From: a virus
Virus record (IMG/VR): IMGVR_UViG_3300020411_003820
Location: 1 to 64,000 of that record
DNA length: 64,000 bases
Strand: one strand, 5' to 3'
Part shown: in pieces, positions 1 to 9,151 of the stretch
Layout: each line of letters opens with the position of its first letter
How positions within the stretch are numbered: the first letter of the stretch is position 1
Made by a program: the position numbers and the translations under genes
The notes under the pieces: generated by a model
What the model was told of the DNA's origin: nothing
Database searches by the model: none
The model's input: the letters and a program-made list of their open reading frames with translations, nothing else

Positions 1-1231
1 ACATGCGGCCAGGCTTCGATTCGGCGTTGTGTTCAGAACCATCTGCTTCAACGAAAATTTTAGCAGCTAGGGGCTGAGTTTCTTTTGTGTGAGTACCGGT
101 GCGTGTAGTGTCACCACGGGTATTAAAACTAATATGTCCAATATCATCGCCGTCTACCAAATAAGAAGAACCAGTTCTAGAAATAAATATGCCGGCTGTG
201 GGGGATGTGCCGGGATTGTTTGAGATAGCAAAAGGCGCCTTCAGGTTGGCTTCATTGCCCATGTTGATTGAAACATGATCAGGGACTAATACATTGTTGG
301 AACCAACGGCTACTCGAAACGCTGGTACACTATCGTTTTTTAAAGCTTTAGAGCCGCTGACAACGATTCCGCCAGTCATTTCCATATTACTACCGTCAAA
401 AGACAGATTTGCTTCGCCATTAACTGTTGTAGAGTTAACAGATGTTATAATTCTATTATCTCCAGAGTTGTTATAAGTTGTAATAGGGACAGAAATACTA
501 TCGGCAATTGCTGTTTTAATTTGATTATAAGTTAAATTTTTAATAGAGTCACTGTCACTTGAATCGGCAATAATAAACTCATCATTATTAGATGGTCCGC
601 CGCCCTTGTTGGTTGTGCTTGCTGCGTCTACTTGTAAAGTTTGTCCGGTAAACTTAAGTCCACCATTAGAAGCTGTTAAAACTTGAACACCTTGTCCATC
701 AACAATAATACCTGTTCCGCCAGTAACTTGTAATTCAGGCCCGTGACCGGAGGTTGCCGGCGCAACGTGGACACTACTAGACAATCCAATTCCCAAAACA
801 AGATTCGAAGCAGACAATCTGTTAGCAAGACCATCATAGTTAGTGGCTGCAAGATGATCAGGATTTAATATTATTCCAGTTAAACCATGCGCAGAGCCAG
901 AAAAAGTTGAGCCTGTTATGTGACCAGTTGTGGTTAAATAAGTTGTATCATTGCCGGGTGACAGTGTGATAGTAACAGTTTGTTCGGCTGTCAAAGTTCC
1001 ATCGCCATCAGAAGTTAAAACTCGGTTTGCGGCATCGGATCCAATTAATGTTTTTAAAGGCTTGATTTCTTGGCTATGTGTTGAGTCCCATATTCCACTA
1101 GCAGTAATATTGCTAGTGAAAGTTTTGGTGCCTCCTACCGATTGGTTTCGCCATATATCGACTAAACTCTCGATAGAGCCAGTTGACGAATTTGAAAATT
1201 CTACTCTTCCTTTGATAATGTTATAAGCCAT
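1..1231 (-). CDS. Fibre/virion structural protein, runs off the left window edge (absent from the ORF track)
   Basis: Hand translation from ATG at 1231: MAYNIIKGRVEFSNSSTGSIESL...; frame appears open to base 1. Purine-rich RBS and ACTATTTA upstream. Contains fibre-type NRVLTSDGDG and NRIITS..GEANLSFDGS repeats. Confidence 0.75.
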   Translation of the reverse strand, partial: MAYNIIKGRVEFSNSSTGSIESLVDIWRNQSVGGTKTFTSNITASGIWDSTHSQEIKPLKTLIGSDAANRVLTSDGDGTLTAEQTVTITLSPGNDTTYLTTTGHITGSTFSGSAHGLTGIILNPDHLAATNYDGLANRLSASNLVLGIGLSSSVHVAPATSGHGPELQVTGGTGIIVDGQGVQVLTASNGGLKFTGQTLQVDAASTTNKGGGPSNNDEFIIADSSDSDSIKNLTYNQIKTAIADSISVPITTYNNSGDNRIITSVNSTTVNGEANLSFDGSNMEMTGGIVVSGSKALKNDSVPAFRVAVGSNNVLVPDHVSINMGNEANLKAPFAISNNPGTSPTAGIFISRTGSSYLVDGDDIGHISFNTRGDTTRTGTHTKETQPLAAKIFVEADGSEHNAESKPGRM

Positions 1232-1253
1232 AGTTGCGGTACCTTCCTCTCAC

Positions 1254-1261
1254 TAAATAGT
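1254..1261 (-). promoter_or_regulatory. Putative late promoter ACTATTTA
   Basis: taaatagt on the + strand, 22 nt before the ATG at 1231 and directly after a terminator. Confidence 0.65.
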
Positions 1262-1264
1262 ATG

Positions 1265-1298
1265 AAAAAAAAGGATGCCCCCCTTTCGAGAGACATCC
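1265..1298 (-). terminator. Intrinsic terminator
   Basis: GGATGTCTCTC-GAAA-GGGGGGCATCC 11-bp stem (with G-U pairs), GNRA loop, followed by T8; lies after the 1328-2764 gene. Confidence 0.85.
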
Positions 1299-1327
1299 AA
1301 AAAAGAAATTATTAAAACAATGTCGGC

Positions 1328-2764
1328 CTAGTAGATTACCCACTTACCATCAGAGTTAGAATAAACCATAGATACAGCACCATGTGGTGATTCGATACGC
1401 GCTTCGGAGAATCCATCAATTTCGTCGGCTTGGCCAACGGAAGATGAGATTTTAACGTAGTTAGTAGAGCTAACACCTGCTGGGGCTTTAACGATAACAA
1501 CATCGCCGGCTGAACCAGAAGGAAGAATTAACAAACTAGAACCAGTTACTTCCGTAGTCATGTAGTTAATACCAGTTGAAAGCACAAAGTTACCGGCTTC
1601 AGCAGCTGGAACGTGAGTAGCAGTCATGCTGTCACCACCTGTGGTATCAACAGAAAGAACACCGTTAGTAGCAGTAATACCTGTACCCGCAATTGCTGAT
1701 GCGTAGCTTGAGAATGAACCAAGCTTCATTAAGCCAGTGGCTTCATCATGATAGAGAAGGCTACCAGTGGTTAAGCCCATGATTTCGTCTACCGAAGTAG
1801 CGTCCATTGCGTTCTTGTTAAGATACTGTGGTCCGTTAAGAGAAGCAGAGCCAAAGATAAGTTGGTTGGAAGAAACTAAGTGAAGTGTCGAGTCACCAGA
1901 ACCAGAAATAACTCCAGCAGCGCTAATGGTTGTAAGAGCGCCAGGGCCGAAGCTAGAGGCTCCTTCAACACTTAAAGTGCTTGAAGCTGAAAGAGTAGTA
2001 AACTCAGCAGCTGCTGGAGTAGTGCCACCAATTGCAGTGTTATCGATAGTACCAGCGTTAAGATCAACAGTAGCAGCAGTAACCTTATCAGTTGTAAGGT
2101 TTAAAGATGTCAACGCAGCAGACGAAGACAAAGTGGTGAATTTACCAGAAGACTGGGTAGTGGCACCAACTGTTGCGTTGTCAATCGCGCCACCATTAAT
2201 GTCAGCGTCATCGACAACAATACGATTAATAGTAGCCTTGTAGATAGTGTTTTCAGCAGAAGATGAAATAACACCAGCAGCCGAGACAGTCGTTTGTTGA
2301 CCCGCACCAAAACGAAGAACACCTTCGAAATCATTTGCAGCAGAAGATGAAATAACACCAACAGCAGAAACTGTGGTTTGGTTTTCAGTACCGAAGCGTA
2401 CAGCGCCTGGAAGATCAACTTGACCAGAAGCTGAAAGAGCACCAGCAACGCTAACTGAGTCACGTGCAAGCGTAATAAGGTCAGCATCACCATTGACACC
2501 GATGGTACCGTTTTGCATGATCATCAACTTGCGACCATTGAGATCGAGAGAAGACGAAAGATCACCATTAATGTCAAGACGATCCTCGCTGAGTTGAAGT
2601 AGATCAACGTCAGTACTGGTACCAATGACACCGACAGCATCAAGAATAAGTTCTTTACCAGAAACTCTTCCTGAACCTGAGATTGTGGACTCACCAACTA
2701 CCGCTTCTTCGAATGTCGTTGAACCGCTAAGTTTGGTGGTACCAAATTGAAATTTATAAGCCAT
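1328..2764 (-). CDS. Tail-fibre/decoration-like structural protein
   Basis: Ser/Thr/Gly-rich; 3x FG...TTVSAAGVISSS and 2x IDNxxIGxTT...FTTLS repeats; C-terminal LP..G..V.VK...IDG...W domain; GGAGG RBS. Confidence 0.7.
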   Translation of the reverse strand: MAYKFQFGTTKLSGSTTFEEAVVGESTISGSGRVSGKELILDAVGVIGTSTDVDLLQLSEDRLDINGDLSSSLDLNGRKLMIMQNGTIGVNGDADLITLARDSVSVAGALSASGQVDLPGAVRFGTENQTTVSAVGVISSSAANDFEGVLRFGAGQQTTVSAAGVISSSAENTIYKATINRIVVDDADINGGAIDNATVGATTQSSGKFTTLSSSAALTSLNLTTDKVTAATVDLNAGTIDNTAIGGTTPAAAEFTTLSASSTLSVEGASSFGPGALTTISAAGVISGSGDSTLHLVSSNQLIFGSASLNGPQYLNKNAMDATSVDEIMGLTTGSLLYHDEATGLMKLGSFSSYASAIAGTGITATNGVLSVDTTGGDSMTATHVPAAEAGNFVLSTGINYMTTEVTGSSLLILPSGSAGDVVIVKAPAGVSSTNYVKISSSVGQADEIDGFSEARIESPHGAVSMVYSNSDGKWVIY

Positions 2765-2796
2765 TTATAAAACCCTCCATTTTAAAAATTGATTTT

Positions 2797-2804
2797 TAAA
2801 TAGT
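2797..2804 (-). promoter_or_regulatory. Putative late promoter ACTATTTA (variant TCTATTTA at 2860-2867)
   Basis: Motif 32 nt before the ATG at 2764. Confidence 0.6.
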
Positions 2805-2878
2805 TTAGATGAAGTGCATCAACATTCAATTAAATTGAAAATATCACACCCATCGCGGGTAAATAGACCAATCAGCCG

Positions 2879-3661
2879 TTAGTAGACATAGTACCGATCC
2901 ACGCCATTACAATAAAGCGAAAGAGATGCATAAGGTGATTCCAAAACTAGTGAATTTTCACCGTCGATTGTTTGAGAACCGTGAGCCAAAATTGTTATGT
3001 TGTTGGTCCCTGCATTGCCGCCTTCATCCTTTATAATGTATGTGTGTCCATCAGTTAATACTGCTGCATCAGGTAATCTCAATTCTATAGCAGCACTGTT
3101 TGAATCCATACCAATATAGTAATCATCTACAGACGCGGTAATTGTTGCTGTTGATGTTCTGTGGTGGAGTACAACACCTCCTGAAATTTGTAAGCGGCAC
3201 CCAACAAAACTAGAAGCCGAAATATTTAAACTAGCTGAAATAGCGCCACTAACAGCTATAGCATGATCAGGTGGTGTCGCACCGCCGATTGCTATACTAC
3301 TTGTGGTGGCTGCTAAATTATTACTGAGTTCGGTAAATATACCACCGCCCTCACCAGTACCGGGCACATTTGTTAAAAATCGGCCATCCCCTATAAAAAA
3401 TGATGACGATATACCAACACTAGCTGATAGTTCTCCGGTAACCGTAAGTCTAGAACCATTAAAAGTTAAATTTGATTGACCTGTGAGTTTATATGCATCA
3501 GTGCCAATTGTTGTTAGATTATGCTGATCTGGGTTTGAGGTGATTTTAAGAACGTGTTGTAGTTCTTTTCCATCACCCACAAAAGCACTAGAAGAAATCT
3601 GACCATCTGCCAGTAATTGACCGGGAAGTAATACGTTTCCCGATAAGACATTATACCCCAT
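2879..3661 (-). CDS. Fibre-like structural protein, paralog of neighbours
   Basis: GQSNLTFNGS fibre motif; C-terminal LP...G..YIIKDEGG...N.I.I...IDG domain. Confidence 0.7.
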   Translation of the reverse strand: MGYNVLSGNVLLPGQLLADGQISSSAFVGDGKELQHVLKITSNPDQHNLTTIGTDAYKLTGQSNLTFNGSRLTVTGELSASVGISSSFFIGDGRFLTNVPGTGEGGGIFTELSNNLAATTSSIAIGGATPPDHAIAVSGAISASLNISASSFVGCRLQISGGVVLHHRTSTATITASVDDYYIGMDSNSAAIELRLPDAAVLTDGHTYIIKDEGGNAGTNNITILAHGSQTIDGENSLVLESPYASLSLYCNGVDRYYVY

Positions 3662-3697
3662 CTATATCAGCCCTCTAATATAATTATACAATTATAA

Positions 3698-4501
3698 TTA
3701 GAAGACAAACCAGTTAGAGCCATTAGAATAGATATTAATAGCAGTCATTGTGCCCGTCATTTCATAAAATGATAGCCCATCGATGGTCTCACCAGCCGAA
3801 GCAGAGACCAAAATGGCGCCCGGGCATTCCTCTGTTGGCTGTCGTGAGCCAGTAAACTCATCTTTAATCATTAAGACCGCACCAGTCATCGGTGAGTACA
3901 CACCGCCCGCGCTACCTGGCGATGGTGCATTTGCACTGGCTGGAGGCGAAGAAGATGTGGCTGATGGTAAATAAATCACTACTGGCCACCCTTCACCACT
4001 GTATCCTTTTACACCTAATATATGATCTGCCATCGAAGCAGAATGATAAGTTATTGAGCCTTGCTGACCTTGAGCGGGACTTAAAGACCTATAATTCATT
4101 CTAAAGCCACCAACGTTTATTGACTGACTAGCATGAAGATTAACCGTAAATGCGGTGGCGCCGGCGCGTTGGCCAATGTGTAAGCTTCCAGTTCTAACGT
4201 GATGATCATCATTAGTATTACCAAAACGGGTAGAACCGCTTGCATCAATTCTTGTGATGTCTTCAAAGTGGTAACTACTAGCAGATATTGCACCGGATAT
4301 AAAAAATGTACCTGTTAAGATAAGACTACTTTCAGTTCCGCCAGCATTAGGCACAGAACCATTGAAGTTATACATAAAGAAATCAGACCCAGAGAGACCT
4401 TTCGCTCCGGTCATAAACATAACTGATCCAGTTACACCATCGGTATCGACGTGTCCCGGATCTTCATCACAGTTTACGTATGCCCATCCAAATCTTGACA
4501 T
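3698..4501 (-). CDS. Fibre-like structural protein, paralog of neighbours
   Basis: SGSTRFGNTNDDHHVRTGS motif; same C-terminal LP..IKDE..IDG..W domain. Confidence 0.7.
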   Translation of the reverse strand: MSRFGWAYVNCDEDPGHVDTDGVTGSVMFMTGAKGLSGSDFFMYNFNGSVPNAGGTESSLILTGTFFISGAISASSYHFEDITRIDASGSTRFGNTNDDHHVRTGSLHIGQRAGATAFTVNLHASQSINVGGFRMNYRSLSPAQGQQGSITYHSASMADHILGVKGYSGEGWPVVIYLPSATSSSPPASANAPSPGSAGGVYSPMTGAVLMIKDEFTGSRQPTEECPGAILVSASAGETIDGLSFYEMTGTMTAINIYSNGSNWFVF

Positions 4502-4504
4502 ATA

Positions 4505-4981
4505 CTACCCAATCCCGTCGTAAGAGCCTGACCAACTAATGTTATTACCCGGCTCTAGTTGCCATTCGTTTTTAGAACCTGTATGTGGATTTACTTGGCT
4601 TGGATCAATACTGGTTAATCCCGCAACAACTGATAATCCCATTTCATTAGTAATTGAGCCGACAGATGCCGTGTGATCGCTGCCACTGAGATAAATACGA
4701 CTTACCTTTACTTCAAGACGTTCCGAAGTAGAACCGCTGGGAATAACAAAATAATTGTTGATGGCAGGATCAAAGGCGTTAGGTCCGAAGCCAACTTTAG
4801 CAGAGCCGGAACCGTTGTTGATAATTTTGATCCATCTAGTAACGTAAGGAAAGTTGACAACCCTTTGGGCTTCAACAGCATCAATACCTCCCGATGCAAA
4901 GGGGCGGCCACTAACTTGATAAGCGGGAGCATGATTAACTCCTACTCTCATGTGCCATGAAGAATCTGACCAATTTGACAT
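4505..4981 (-). CDS. Hypothetical (probable virion) protein
   Basis: 158-aa beta-rich ORF with GGAG RBS and ACTATTTA upstream. Confidence 0.7.
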   Translation of the reverse strand: MSNWSDSSWHMRVGVNHAPAYQVSGRPFASGGIDAVEAQRVVNFPYVTRWIKIINNGSGSAKVGFGPNAFDPAINNYFVIPSGSTSERLEVKVSRIYLSGSDHTASVGSITNEMGLSVVAGLTSIDPSQVNPHTGSKNEWQLEPGNNISWSGSYDGIG

Positions 4982-5012
4982 ATTAAAACTCCAAAATTTA
5001 TATCATTCGTAG

Positions 5013-5020
5013 TAAATAGT
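5013..5020 (-). promoter_or_regulatory. Putative late promoter ACTATTTA
   Basis: Intergenic, 31 nt before the ATG at 4981. Confidence 0.65.
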
Positions 5021-5022
5021 AT

Positions 5023-5262
5023 CTAATTTTTTCTTCTACTACGTTTTTCTAACAGTCGCTTTCGTTTAAGTTCCTGTCTTTTTCTTTCACGTGCAGCGCG
5101 TGCGCGTTTATCTCGCTTCTTTTCAGAAGGCTTTTTGTATCGCTGTTTATCTTTGTACTTTTCAACAATTCTTTCTTTTTTGCATTTTTTAATAAATCTT
5201 CTAATCATTCTTTCGTGATTGCCACGACACTCTTTAGATTTAACTACAACATTACAAGCCAT
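5023..5262 (-). CDS. rpsU: Phage-encoded 30S ribosomal protein bS21
   Basis: 79 aa, very basic; V.V...ERMIRRFIKKCKKERIVEKYKDKQRYKKPSEKKR matches the S21 pattern (E.ALRRFK+......+.+..YEKPS..R). Confidence 0.85.
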   Translation of the reverse strand: MACNVVVKSKECRGNHERMIRRFIKKCKKERIVEKYKDKQRYKKPSEKKRDKRARAARERKRQELKRKRLLEKRSRRKN

Positions 5263-5263
5263 A

Positions 5264-5707
5264 CTATTTCCGATTCATTCCTTTCCAAACTTCTGTTGCA
5301 CCGCCCAAAAGCGAGCTAATGTCAACACCCGAATCATTTGGCGCGCCTAAATCTACAGAACCTTGAGGTTGTGGCGCTGCTTCATAATTTGACATGGGGG
5401 TTGTGCCTTCAAACAAATCAACACCATTGTAAGCATCAGAGCTAACCGCTTCTAATAACTTCTTTCTGTGTTCCTTCATTTTTGCACGTGCATCGTCTTG
5501 ACGTTGCTTTCTGTGTTGCATTTCATGCTTTTCGTCAAACAAGCGTTCGCTTCGTTTTTGCGCTTTAGTCTCGGTAACCAGATTACCTTGCATGCCTTTG
5601 GCAACTTCTGAAACAACATTAGACAAGACGCCCTCTTCTATAAGAACTTCGTGAATGCATTCTTTCACCAATGGTTTGATTAATCTTTTTAAATCAGCTT
5701 TTTTCAT
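5264..5707 (-). CDS. Hypothetical head-associated protein with leader motif
   Basis: MKKADLKRLIKPLVKECIHEVLIEE N-terminus; coupled to both neighbours. Confidence 0.7.
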   Translation of the reverse strand: MKKADLKRLIKPLVKECIHEVLIEEGVLSNVVSEVAKGMQGNLVTETKAQKRSERLFDEKHEMQHRKQRQDDARAKMKEHRKKLLEAVSSDAYNGVDLFEGTTPMSNYEAAPQPQGSVDLGAPNDSGVDISSLLGGATEVWKGMNRK

Positions 5708-7581
5708 AATTTCCTCTTTTTAATTCCAGCTAAAGTTTGTAAACGCTCAAACGATTCTGTTAGTTCCGAAGGTTCCGGTTTTGATTCTCTTGGTGCTGGA
5801 ATCGCTCTTCTTAGCTTATCAACTGACTGTTTTAGCTCATTTGCAGACGCACCAATACTATCAGGAATCCCCGGTACCGACGCTAGTTTTTCTACACCAC
5901 CTAAAACAGTATCGATCCAGTAGTCACCATCATCTTGTTTCTTATAAATGGCGGCGGATATCCACTCTTCTGGTACATTTTCTATTAATTCTTTTGTAGC
6001 GGAGCCGGCCTTAGCTAAATCTTTAGCAGCCTTTGCAGATTTCATTGTTGTAATCGCGGCTTTCGCGTTCTTAGCAGAACCAAAAGTCTTGATTAGAAGT
6101 CGTCCGCCTTTGAAGCTAGCAGGTCCGACTTTTGCTGCTAATTTTGCTCCGATGGGTCCGAGCTTTCCTAACTTCGATGCTTTTCCAACAACTGGCGCCA
6201 GTGCTATAATATCTAACAATGCAGCTGACATTTTGCCGCGAACCAAATTGAAAACAAGACTACCGAGAGTAGCTGCGCTTGGAATTAAAGTTGCTTCAAA
6301 AGCAGGATTTATGCCCGCTGCAGACACCGTATTCAAGGCTGCTTCAATTCCTAATTCAAGTTTACCGAGAGTGCTGAGTTCTTCTTTATCTTCGCCATCT
6401 TCTGCAGATCGCGCAGTGCCGGTCTCGGTAGGTTCATCAGAAGTATCTTCGTCTTCGCCCGGTGTAGGCTCAGGTTTTGGTGCCGGTGGACTAAATTTAA
6501 CAGTATTTAATTTAGCCCATTTTTTAATCAGCTTTTCAAGTTTTTGATTTACCTCAGAACTTAAATTAAAAGAATTAATCAAATCATTTAATTGTCTTGT
6601 GGTTTCAGGTGAATATGTTCTTGGGGCGCGCTCTGGATCTCCGATTGCCTCCAATACTATGTCGTCTTGTTCGGTAGCTTGAAGCATAAATGACAACAAT
6701 TGACTTATTTGCTCACGACTTAGTGCTTTGGCTAATCCGGAATTCTTTAGCATATTGATTAATGAATCATCATAAACTTCACTGTTAATGCCCGCAATGG
6801 CCATTTCGGGTTCTGGTAGCGTTATTTCACCTTCGTCATCATCTGGGCTTGCTGGCGCTTCAGGTTCAGGCTTTGGTTCCGGTGCTGCCTTCGGCGCGGC
6901 AGGCTCTGAATCACTAGGGGGCATCGGATCCGGCAGCGGTTCTGACTCTGTTGGTTTTTCTTTTTCTTGGTCATACATACTAATAGCTTTAAAATCTTCT
7001 ATATCTAACTCAATCGGCTCTATTCCTTGAGCCTCAAGATCATCAGCAACCTCTGGAACGGTTGCTGCTAGTAGTTGTACATCTATTGGGCGCCCTAATA
7101 ATTTTTCAGCAGCTATAACAACACTGTACGCAAAAACTGCGCCAACTGCATAGTCTTCGTCCGGTACATATCCGCTTGGATGATGTTCCGGGTTGTCGGA
7201 CCATTCCACGTTGTTCCCGGGGGCTCTGTCAATAAAATCTTCTATACGTAACGAAATGGGATGTCCACGTTCATCAAAAAAGGAGAAAAATGTTCTTGGA
7301 CGCCGTGTTAACAACTCTTCTTTATAGCTAGCTAACGAAAGAAAATCACCTTCTTCAACCTTTTTTTGGGCGAAGTCCCGCGCAAGGCGCTCCACATTGC
7401 TTTGAATCCAATCTCTAACTTTCGGATCCAAGACCTTGATGTGTTCGGTCCCGGGCGCTGCATTCGCCGCTGCCAATAGCTCAGCGTGTTCCGAGTCAAA
7501 GGGTTTATCTACTTTAGGCTCTTGTTCTTGTTCTTTTATAAACTTTTGCCAGTTCTCATTTATTTGTTTATAGCTGTTCAC
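5704..7581 (-). CDS. Large putative internal head (cargo) protein with a pre-toxin-TG-like hairpin
   Basis: Probable GTG start at 7581 (MNSYKQINENWQKFIKE; the track start 7599 is the alternative). Pro/Glu linkers; AALLDIIALAPVVGKASKLGK segment; ends LTESFERLQTLAGIKK. Confidence 0.65.
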   Translation of the reverse strand: MNSYKQINENWQKFIKEQEQEPKVDKPFDSEHAELLAAANAAPGTEHIKVLDPKVRDWIQSNVERLARDFAQKKVEEGDFLSLASYKEELLTRRPRTFFSFFDERGHPISLRIEDFIDRAPGNNVEWSDNPEHHPSGYVPDEDYAVGAVFAYSVVIAAEKLLGRPIDVQLLAATVPEVADDLEAQGIEPIELDIEDFKAISMYDQEKEKPTESEPLPDPMPPSDSEPAAPKAAPEPKPEPEAPASPDDDEGEITLPEPEMAIAGINSEVYDDSLINMLKNSGLAKALSREQISQLLSFMLQATEQDDIVLEAIGDPERAPRTYSPETTRQLNDLINSFNLSSEVNQKLEKLIKKWAKLNTVKFSPPAPKPEPTPGEDEDTSDEPTETGTARSAEDGEDKEELSTLGKLELGIEAALNTVSAAGINPAFEATLIPSAATLGSLVFNLVRGKMSAALLDIIALAPVVGKASKLGKLGPIGAKLAAKVGPASFKGGRLLIKTFGSAKNAKAAITTMKSAKAAKDLAKAGSATKELIENVPEEWISAAIYKKQDDGDYWIDTVLGGVEKLASVPGIPDSIGASANELKQSVDKLRRAIPAPRESKPEPSELTESFERLQTLAGIKKRKL

Positions 7582-8176
7582 TGTCCGACAATACCTCATT
7601 CAATAACTCGTTGATGCGCTCTTTTCTGGTGCCTTCGTGTAAGTCTTTAGCTTCACGCATCATGAATGCGCCGGGTGTTGATGGTTCAGAAACAATGTCA
7701 AAGCAGACTAGTTCAAAATCTTCTTGAACGATTGATCTACCGTTTTGCTCTACGACGGAACCAGTACCGCGAGATGAAATACCAATAGCGCAACCACCTT
7801 CAACAAGTGCGCGCAGGGTTTTGCCGGCTGGGGTGTCAAGTACTTGAATCTTGCCCATAACCTTCTTGCCTTCCATCCAGATGGCTGTAACTTTATGTGC
7901 AACATGTTGTAGCGAAACTTCGACTTTATCGGGATGGTCTAACTCGCCTAATGCTCGTCCAGATTCTACAAGTTTAGAATACTTTTGCACTTCTCGACTT
8001 AAAACATTTTCGGTATAAACGCGGCCATTGCCATTTTCAGTTTCGCACATTTGCATAAGACCAGATAAAATCATGCCACCATTGGCAACAAATTTTTTCT
8101 CAGCCTCTGTCAACAAATCTTGACATACGCCACCATCACAAAGTTCATAATATTCTCTGAGTAATTTCTTACCCAT
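7568..8176 (-). CDS. Prohead protease (T4 gp21-like)
   Basis: NGNGRVY, LGELDHP, GISSRGTGS and FDIVSEPSTPGA motifs. Confidence 0.93.
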   Translation of the reverse strand: MGKKLLREYYELCDGGVCQDLLTEAEKKFVANGGMILSGLMQMCETENGNGRVYTENVLSREVQKYSKLVESGRALGELDHPDKVEVSLQHVAHKVTAIWMEGKKVMGKIQVLDTPAGKTLRALVEGGCAIGISSRGTGSVVEQNGRSIVQEDFELVCFDIVSEPSTPGAFMMREAKDLHEGTRKERINELLNEVLSDSEQL

Positions 8177-8178
8177 AG

Positions 8179-8268
8179 CTAAGAACCTTTACAGCAGCGT
8201 CTAACTGGTTGCAACATCCACTTGTTTGTCCAAGTGGCAGGACTGTTCATTTGCGTGTTTGTGTTCAT
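8179..8268 (-). CDS. Small overlapping ORF, 29 aa (MNTNTQMNSPATWTNKWMLQPVRRCCKGS)
   Basis: GGAG RBS 6 nt before the ATG; stop lies 2 nt before the protease ATG; below the ORF-track cutoff. Confidence 0.5.
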   Translation of the reverse strand: MNTNTQMNSPATWTNKWMLQPVRRCCKGS

Positions 8269-8566
8269 GTTTAACTCCATTATCTCCGAAAACCATGTTC
8301 ATTACATAGGATGTTCCTGATGATAGCCAACCCAACAAAAAGAAATTAGCTACAGAAACGTCAAAATTAAATAGTTCTGTAAACGGAGAAAGCAGCATTA
8401 AAAACCACCCAACGTGAAATCCCATACACATTGGGCAGTGAAACACCTTCCCATAGCCGCCTGCAGAATCTTTAGCGGGGCGCCATCTTTTTAAAAGCGG
8501 CAGGTCACTGTACACTAAAATCTGTGTTAGCCCGTATGCGCAAAGCGCAAAATATAAAAGTTCCAT
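8201..8566 (-). CDS. Small membrane protein, DUF1360-like
   Basis: Hydrophobic helices and FHCPMCMGFHVGW (C-P-x-C-x-G-x-x) motif. Confidence 0.6.
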   Translation of the reverse strand: MELLYFALCAYGLTQILVYSDLPLLKRWRPAKDSAGGYGKVFHCPMCMGFHVGWFLMLLSPFTELFNFDVSVANFFLLGWLSSGTSYVMNMVFGDNGVKHEHKHANEQSCHLDKQVDVATS

Positions 8567-8575
8567 TTTTCCTCT

Positions 8576-9151
8576 TTAAATTGTATACATGTAAGAATAA
8601 GAGTAAGGATCTCTGACGAATCCGGGGCGCATTGAACCTTGTTGCGCTTTCTGTGGCACTTCTCCAAGTTCCGTAGAATCTGTCTTGTCTGGGTCGACAT
8701 ACTCATCATCAACACCAGCGATGACTGCCTCGATATTTTCAAAATATGGCCTTTCTTCTTCAATAAATTTACTGATGTTCACCAAAGCCAGTTTTGCAGC
8801 GTTAATCTTATCACTGTATGGGCTTTCCATTAATCCTTCAATAGCACCATAAAATGAGCCGGCTTGTACAGTTTCAGAAACAACAACACCTTTTTTGCGC
8901 AAAAATGAAAACAATCTGTTTTGTGCACCATAAACCATATCGTTCATGGTTTCTTTAGGAAATGCAGTAATTTTGTTGTTTTTTGATGATAATACGATAT
9001 CAATATCAGCATGATCAAAAATCATCAAATCACCGCTTAAACTTTTACGTATATTAAGCTCAAGTGTAATAGACGGCGGTTGAGGTACCGCATCACCTAC
9101 TTTAATTACAATTGGTTCGTCGCTAGGTATAAGATTAACTTTCACTGCCAT
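8576..9151 (-). CDS. Hypothetical protein (head morphogenesis cluster)
   Basis: 191-aa ORF coupled within the portal-protease operon; AAGGA RBS. Confidence 0.7.
   Translation of the reverse strand: MAVKVNLIPSDEPIVIKVGDAVPQPPSITLELNIRKSLSGDLMIFDHADIDIVLSSKNNKITAFPKETMNDMVYGAQNRLFSFLRKKGVVVSETVQAGSFYGAIEGLMESPYSDKINAAKLALVNISKFIEEERPYFENIEAVIAGVDDEYVDPDKTDSTELGEVPQKAQQGSMRPGFVRDPYSYSYMYTI

Noticed and set aside
2765-2878. Longest intergenic region as an ncRNA or tRNA
   Set aside because: Only short AT-rich hairpins and two promoter motifs; no cloverleaf or known RNA motif. No tRNA was seen anywhere in the window.
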